NCBI GenBank assembly: GCA_027295145.1
Contig: JAPULJ010000119.1
Span: 1 to 51,508 of the forward strand
Length of the DNA stretch: 51,508 nt
Reading direction: 5' to 3'
Origin: Alphaproteobacteria bacterium
GTDB taxonomy: Bacteria; Pseudomonadota; Alphaproteobacteria; JAPULJ01
Shown: positions 47,873 to 51,508 of the stretch, one piece after another
Numbering within the stretch: the first letter of the stretch is position 1
Layout of the letters: each line of letters opens with the position of its first letter
Translations under genes and position numbers: made by a program
The notes under the pieces: generated by a model
Seen by the model: only the letters and a program-made list of their open reading frames with translations
What the model was told of the DNA's origin: nothing
The model's database searches: none

Positions 47873-48933
47873 GCGAGGGAGCCTCGGAAACCGTGCGCGC
47901 CATCGATCCGGCAGCCGAGGCCGAGGAGAAGCTCGAAGCCGGCCTGCGTCCGCAATCGCTTGACGAATTCATCGGCCAGGAGAAACTGCGCCGCAACTTG
48001 CGCGTCTTCATCGAGGCGGCGCGCGCCCGTGGGGAAGCCCTCGATCATGCGCTCTTCTTTGGCCCCCCCGGGCTGGGCAAGACGACGCTGGCCCAGATCC
48101 TCGCCCGCGAGCTGGGCGTCGGCTTCCGGGCGACTTCCGGGCCGGTGATCGCACGGGCCGGCGACCTCGCCGCGTTGCTGACCAACATCGAGCCGCGCGA
48201 CGTTCTGTTCATCGACGAGATCCATCGCCTTAACCCGGCGGTCGAGGAAATCCTTTACCCGGCGATGGAGGACTTCAAGCTTGATTTGATAATCGGCGAG
48301 GGCCCGGCGGCGCGTTCAGTGCGAATCGATCTTCCGCCCTTCACCCTGGTCGGGGCAACCACCCGCTCGGGGCTGATCACCAATCCCTTGCGCGAGCGCT
48401 TCGGCATCCCCCAACGGCTCGATTTCTACGAGCCCGCCGAGCTGTGTCGGATCGTCCTGCGCAACGCCAGTGTGCTTAAGGTCGAGATCACCGATGACGG
48501 CGCTATCGAAATTGCGCGGCGCTCGCGCGGCACACCGCGGATCGCCGGCCGGCTGTTACGCAGAGTGCGCGACTTCGCCACAGTCGATGGCACCAAGCAG
48601 ATCACTGCCGAGGACGCCGACCGCGCGCTCGGCAATCTCGAGGTCGACCGCGCCGGGCTCGACGCCATGGATCGGCACTACCTCTCCTGCATCGCCGAGA
48701 AGTACGGCGGCGGTCCGGTCGGGGTCGATACCATCGCCGCCGCCCTGTCCGAGGCGCGTGATATGATCGAGGAAGTTATCGAGCCTTACCTGCTACAGCA
48801 GGCGCTGGTCCAGCGGACACCGCGCGGCCGGGTTCTTGGCGAGCAAGGCTACCACGCGCTTGGCCTGACGCCTCCGGCTGACGTGCAGAACCAACTCGAA
48901 ATCTTCAGGCAAGGCGGTGATGATGACCACTAG
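47869..48933 (+). CDS. ruvB: Holliday junction DNA helicase RuvB
   Basis: ATGA overlap with ruvA. It has [12 protein letters not shown], Walker [16 protein letters not shown] and [17 protein letters not shown]. Confidence 0.95.
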   Translation: MSEGASETVRAIDPAAEAEEKLEAGLRPQSLDEFIGQEKLRRNLRVFIEAARARGEALDHALFFGPPGLGKTTLAQILARELGVGFRATSGPVIARAGDLAALLTNIEPRDVLFIDEIHRLNPAVEEILYPAMEDFKLDLIIGEGPAARSVRIDLPPFTLVGATTRSGLITNPLRERFGIPQRLDFYEPAELCRIVLRNASVLKVEITDDGAIEIARRSRGTPRIAGRLLRRVRDFATVDGTKQITAEDADRALGNLEVDRAGLDAMDRHYLSCIAEKYGGGPVGVDTIAAALSEARDMIEEVIEPYLLQQALVQRTPRGRVLGEQGYHALGLTPPADVQNQLEIFRQGGDDDH

Positions 48934-49393
48934 AGCGTCCCCGACATCGGGCTGGAGCTCGAAATCCGGCGGGGTCCATGTCTTACCGATCCGCGTCTAC
49001 TACGAGGATACCGACGCCCTCGGCATCGTATACTACGTCAACTACTTGAAGTTTGCCGAGCGCGCCCGTACAGAGATGTTGAGACTGCTGGGACACGATC
49101 AGCACGAATTGTTGGCCAGGCGTGGCATTGGTTTCACGGTCAGGCGCTGCGAGGTGGATTACTACATGCCAGCGAAGCTCGACGATGCGCTGGAGGTGCA
49201 TTCCAATCTGATCGAACTCCGCGGCGCCAGCATGGATTTGTTGCAGACGATCAAGCGGGAGCCCGATATTCTCGCCCGCCTGCGGTTCAAGATCGCCTGT
49301 GTCGACCGCACCGGACGCGCGCAACGCGTTCCCAGCGAGATAAGAAAATTGTTCGAGCCGCTCAAGCGGCACGAGAAAGAGGGTTCGAAGTAG
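48917..49393 (+). CDS. ybgC: Tol-Pal-associated acyl-CoA thioesterase YbgC
   Basis: [27 protein letters not shown], located directly upstream of tolQ. The start is GTG 48917, ATG 48920 or ATG 48923. Confidence 0.82.
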   Translation: MMMTTRASPTSGWSSKSGGVHVLPIRVYYEDTDALGIVYYVNYLKFAERARTEMLRLLGHDQHELLARRGIGFTVRRCEVDYYMPAKLDDALEVHSNLIELRGASMDLLQTIKREPDILARLRFKIACVDRTGRAQRVPSEIRKLFEPLKRHEKEGSK

Positions 49394-49395
49394 CG

Positions 49396-50265
49396 ATGGA
49401 AGGTCTTCTAACCGCGGCAATCGATTGGGTCGGCTATCTCGGCGGCTGGCTCGCCAACAGCGGGTACACACTTTTGGCGGAAGCCACGGGCGGCGGCACC
49501 AGCGGCTCAGTGATCGGCGGCGGCACCACCATCGGCGGCGGCAGCACGGTCGAGCGGATCACGCTCGGCGGCTCCAAGGCGCCGCTGGATCTGTCGATCT
49601 GGGGAATGTTCCTGAACGCCGATATCGTCGTCAAGGTGGTGATCGTCGTGTTGATGCTGGCCTCTTTCTGGAGCTGGGCAATCATCTTCGAGAAATCCAT
49701 CCAGGTTCGCGCCGTCAACCGGCGCTCGACCAAATTTGAGGATTCCTTCTGGTCTGGCGGTTCGGTCGACGAGCTCTACGACAGGGTCGGCCAGCGCCCG
49801 AGCGATCCGATGTCCTCGATGTTCGCCTCGGCGATGCGCGAATGGAAACGCGTACCCGGTGAGCGCAAGCGCTCGACGGCTCAGAATGTCACCCTGCAGG
49901 AGCGGGTCGAGAGGGTCATGCATGTCACCCTTTCGCGCGAAATGGAGCGGCTCGAGCGCTGGCTCGGTTTCCTCGCCTCTGTCGGCGCGACGGCACCTTT
50001 CATTGGCCTCTTCGGCACTGTCTGGGGTATCATGAACAGCTTTACCGCCATCGCCGTGCAAAAGAACACCAACCTCTCGGTGGTTGCTCCCGGCATTGCC
50101 GAGGCGCTGCTGGCCACCGCCCTTGGCCTGGTGGCGGCGATCCCCGCGGTCGTCGGCTTTAACAAGTTCTCCAATGATCTCGGCCGCTACGGCAACCGCC
50201 TCGACGGCTTCGCCGGAGAATTCAGCGCCATCATGTCACGCCAGATCGAAGAGAACGAACACTGA
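49396..50265 (+). CDS. tolQ: Tol-Pal system protein TolQ, with ~60-aa Gly-rich N-terminal extension if ATG 49396 is used
   Basis: DLSIWGMFLNADIVVKVVIVVLMLASFWSWAIIFEK, APFIGLFGTVWGIMNSF and VAPGIAEALLATALGLVAAIP are present. ATG 49396 lies 2 nt after the ybgC stop. Confidence 0.85.
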   Translation: MEGLLTAAIDWVGYLGGWLANSGYTLLAEATGGGTSGSVIGGGTTIGGGSTVERITLGGSKAPLDLSIWGMFLNADIVVKVVIVVLMLASFWSWAIIFEKSIQVRAVNRRSTKFEDSFWSGGSVDELYDRVGQRPSDPMSSMFASAMREWKRVPGERKRSTAQNVTLQERVERVMHVTLSREMERLERWLGFLASVGATAPFIGLFGTVWGIMNSFTAIAVQKNTNLSVVAPGIAEALLATALGLVAAIPAVVGFNKFSNDLGRYGNRLDGFAGEFSAIMSRQIEENEH

Positions 50266-50777
50266 TGGCTGTCTCGCTGCATCACGGAAGGGCTCAGGCC
50301 GGGGCGCGGCGGCGTGTCTATCGGCCGATGAGCGAAATCAACGTGACGCCCTTTGTCGACGTCATGCTGGTGCTGTTGATCATCTTTATGGTCACCGCGC
50401 CGCTGCTGACCGTCGGAGTTCCGGTCAACCTACCCAAGACGAACGCCAATACGATTTCCAAACCCGACAAGCCACTCGTCATCTCGATTAATGCCGAGGG
50501 TAAAGTCTTTATTCAGGAAACCGAGATCAAACTCGACGAGTTGGTGCCTAAGCTGCGCGCGATCACTCGCGCCAAGTCGGGGATGCGGATTTATCTGCGC
50601 GGCGACCGCGCGGTTAATTACGGGCGGATCATGCAGGTAATGGGCACGGTCAGCGCTGCCGGATTCAACAAGGTTGCGTTGATCGCCGAAATGGGTGAAG
50701 GCGGCGGGGGGGGCTCCGCCAAAGATGTGAAAAAAGGCTCGGGGAAAGCCGGTAAGGACAAAAAACCAACGCGGTGA
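50265..50777 (+). CDS. tolR: Tol-Pal system protein TolR (ExbD/TolR family)
   Basis: ATG overlaps the tolQ stop (TGATG). [27 protein letters not shown] carries the TM Asp. Length is 170 aa. Confidence 0.9.
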   Translation: MAVSLHHGRAQAGARRRVYRPMSEINVTPFVDVMLVLLIIFMVTAPLLTVGVPVNLPKTNANTISKPDKPLVISINAEGKVFIQETEIKLDELVPKLRAITRAKSGMRIYLRGDRAVNYGRIMQVMGTVSAAGFNKVALIAEMGEGGGGGSAKDVKKGSGKAGKDKKPTR

Positions 50778-50781
50778 CCCG

Positions 50782-51508
50782 ATGCGCAGTGGCGTTGCAC
50801 TTTCTGCCGTAATGCATGTGGCCCTGGCCATCCTGATCGTGGTCGGGCTGCCCTTGGCGAAAAAGAAGCTGGCGCCTTTGCCGCTGCCGGTGGCGATCGA
50901 GATTGTCACGATCGCCGAGAAAACCAACCCGCCCAAAGGCAAGAAACGCGCGGTGAAGGCCAAGAAACCGACACCCAAACCGCCCCAGACCCGGCAGGCG
51001 GCAGCGCCCAAGAAGCCCGAGCCAAAACCCAAACCGCCGGTTAAGAAGGCCGAGAAACCGAAACCGAAGCCGGTAGCGAAGCCCAAGCCGCCCGTGAAAA
51101 AGGCGGAAAAGCCAAAACCCAAGTCCGAACCCAAGAAGGAACCGAAAGTCGCCTCCCTGCCCAAACCCAAGGCCAAAAAAGAACCGCCACCCAAGCCCGA
51201 GCCAAAACCCCAAGCCGCGCAGCCGTCTCCCCAGCCGCGGGTCAAGGCCAAACCGGCACCGAAGCCAAAGGCCAAGCCACGCCCACGCAAGCGCATGTCG
51301 CTGGCCCAGCTATTGGAGTCGGTCAACAAACTCAAGCCCAAGGCCAAAACCGGCAAACGCGAGCGCCAGACGCAAACCGCCCGGCGCGGCTCGCCCCGCC
51401 ACGATGCCAGCCAGAAGCTCTCGATGAGCGAGCTCGACGCGCTCAAGCGGCAGATTGAACGGTGCTGGAACTTCCCCGCCGGTGCCCGCAACGCCCGGGA
51501 TCTGGTCG
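50782..51508 (+). CDS. tolA: TolA (partial, runs off the 3' end of the window)
   Basis: My own translation from ATG 50782 is MRSGVALSAVMHVALAILIVVGLP.. (TM anchor). A long Lys/Pro/Ala/Glu tract follows (KPKPPVKKAEKPKPKP repeated), then SELDALKRQIERCWNFPAG, typical of TolA domain III. There is no stop before 51508. Confidence 0.8.
   Translation, partial: MRSGVALSAVMHVALAILIVVGLPLAKKKLAPLPLPVAIEIVTIAEKTNPPKGKKRAVKAKKPTPKPPQTRQAAAPKKPEPKPKPPVKKAEKPKPKPVAKPKPPVKKAEKPKPKSEPKKEPKVASLPKPKAKKEPPPKPEPKPQAAQPSPQPRVKAKPAPKPKAKPRPRKRMSLAQLLESVNKLKPKAKTGKRERQTQTARRGSPRHDASQKLSMSELDALKRQIERCWNFPAGARNARDLV

Noticed and set aside
50900-51300. Periodic repeats in the last kilobase (possible CRISPR or tandem array)
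   Set aside because: The periodicity comes from the Lys/Pro/Ala/Glu-rich domain II of TolA (KPKPPVKKAEKPKPKP units) in a continuous reading frame. There is no repeat-spacer structure.

Overview
High-GC chromosomal segment with an alphaproteobacterial gene repertoire and order: cpdR, tkt-gap-fba-thiE, suhB-efp, zapA, and yebC-ruvCAB-ybgC-tolQRA. I did no database searches; every call comes from reading the ORF translations and the nucleotide sequence. Most of the window is core housekeeping: an MCE/Mla-type lipid ABC system, an Opp/Dpp-type peptide ABC system, an ABCB-type exporter, rpmE, class III alcohol dehydrogenase and a five-PAS histidine kinase. The best candidate for an undescribed system is a three-gene minus-strand operon at 17637..20618. 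It encodes a four-TM MotA/TolQ/ExbB-type channel protein, a MotB-type protein with the invariant TM Asp, a ~150-aa coiled coil and an OmpA domain, and an exported TolA-like charged protein with a degenerate OmpA-like C-terminus. No flagellar, TonB, gliding or Zorya partners are adjacent, and the canonical tolQRA lies at the other end of the window. Other notable signals follow. A ~150-nt rod-like hairpin sits directly after zapA and is a 6S RNA candidate. An AT-rich ~1.4 kb insertion between it and the 5-formyl-THF cyclo-ligase gene carries an orphan 4-TM/zinc-ribbon protein. Three reading frames are interrupted: a TGA in an NMT1/THI5-like gene, TAG plus TAA in a NIPSNAP-like gene, and a frameshift in a phage-type HTH gene. 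The stretch between hutH and tRNA-Val looks like a decayed accessory patch. pgk is absent from its usual place between gap and fba. No CRISPR array, integrase or transposase was seen.
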